A stretch of 38,230 nt of DNA from the NCBI GenBank assembly GCA_044225505.1, contig JBGAIN010000075.1, positions 1 through 38,230 on the forward strand, in the 5' to 3' direction. The notes below the pieces were generated by a model, which had not been told where the DNA came from, ran no database searches, and was given only the letters and a program-made list of their open reading frames with translations. Source of the DNA: Limisphaerales bacterium. GTDB lineage: Bacteria; Verrucomicrobiota; Verrucomicrobiia; Limisphaerales; SIBE01. Every line of letters begins with the position of its first letter. Position 1 is the first letter of the stretch. A program made the position numbers and the translations under genes. This document shows, piece after piece, positions 37,877-38,230 of the stretch.

Positions 37877-37902
37877 TTTTCGTCCACAAATGTGGACGAG
37901 AA
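37877..37902. promoter_or_regulatory. Operator-like palindrome
   Basis: TCGTCCACA-AA-TGTGGACGA with perfect 9-bp arms (37880-37899), in non-coding DNA. Confidence 0.45.
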
Positions 37903-38230
37903 CCCGGGACCAGCTTCGGCCTTTGACATGATGGACCTTCCGGCTCTGGAGGAGTTAGGGAACCTCTTGCTGTGCCGCACGCCCTCTGCCCTGGAGTGGG
38001 TCCATACCCGACATCATCTTCCAGTCCTTTGAGTAAGGCTCGAACGCGTTCCGACAGAGCAACCACCTTTATATATGGGACGTATTCCGGGACTGCGGAC
38101 TCATGCAGAACCGGGAGAGCTCTGTCCGAGAACGGTATTGGAGCGTAATGCTAGCAACAAGGTAAGGCAGGCCGCCGTGATCGGAAAATGCACTTGTGGC
38201 GTTTTTCGGCGCGTTACGGGCTGGGGGGAG

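Noticed and set aside
37880..37899. parS site that could pair with the ParB-like peptide gene
   Set aside because: Does not match the TGTTTCACGTGAAACA-type consensus, and that protein has no DNA-binding domain.
37533..38230. Short ORFs after the TolB-like gene and a weak minus-strand terminator (ggtggc...gccacc, 37534-37561)
   Set aside because: ORFs are under 90 aa with no motifs or RBS; the stem is short with a large loop and no clear gene to terminate.

Overview
Bacterial chromosomal window. The protein styles suggest Verrucomicrobiota (inference only). From left to right: the 5'-truncated end of a large Ig/cadherin-like + FG-GAP surface protein with a strong terminator; an RluA pseudouridine synthase; a small membrane protein carrying a ParB-like N-terminal peptide; two hypotheticals; an RND efflux operon; an enolase-superfamily enzyme; the housekeeping block cdsA-dxr-rseP-ispG; sufT; and a Tat-signal aldo/keto reductase. 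tRNA-Ala(GGC) at 22482-22557 opens an accessory region. A 56-bp perfect copy of the tRNA 3' portion lies exactly 4500 bp downstream, and no integrase is visible. Both tRNA ends are immediately followed by related palindromic repeats and a short GIY-YIG nuclease gene (one intact, one decayed). The cargo between them is a pRiA4b-ORF3-like gene, a SEC-C gene and a Phd-VapC toxin-antitoxin pair. The right end holds a PQQ-type dehydrogenase/diheme cytochrome fusion, an ECF sigma factor, a WD40 Ser/Thr kinase and a TolB-like protein; the dehydrogenase and kinase genes share a candidate ECF promoter. The best candidates for an undescribed system are the tRNA-3'-anchored palindrome/GIY-YIG cassette and the membrane-anchored ParB-peptide protein. 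All family calls come from motif recognition by eye, not database searches.
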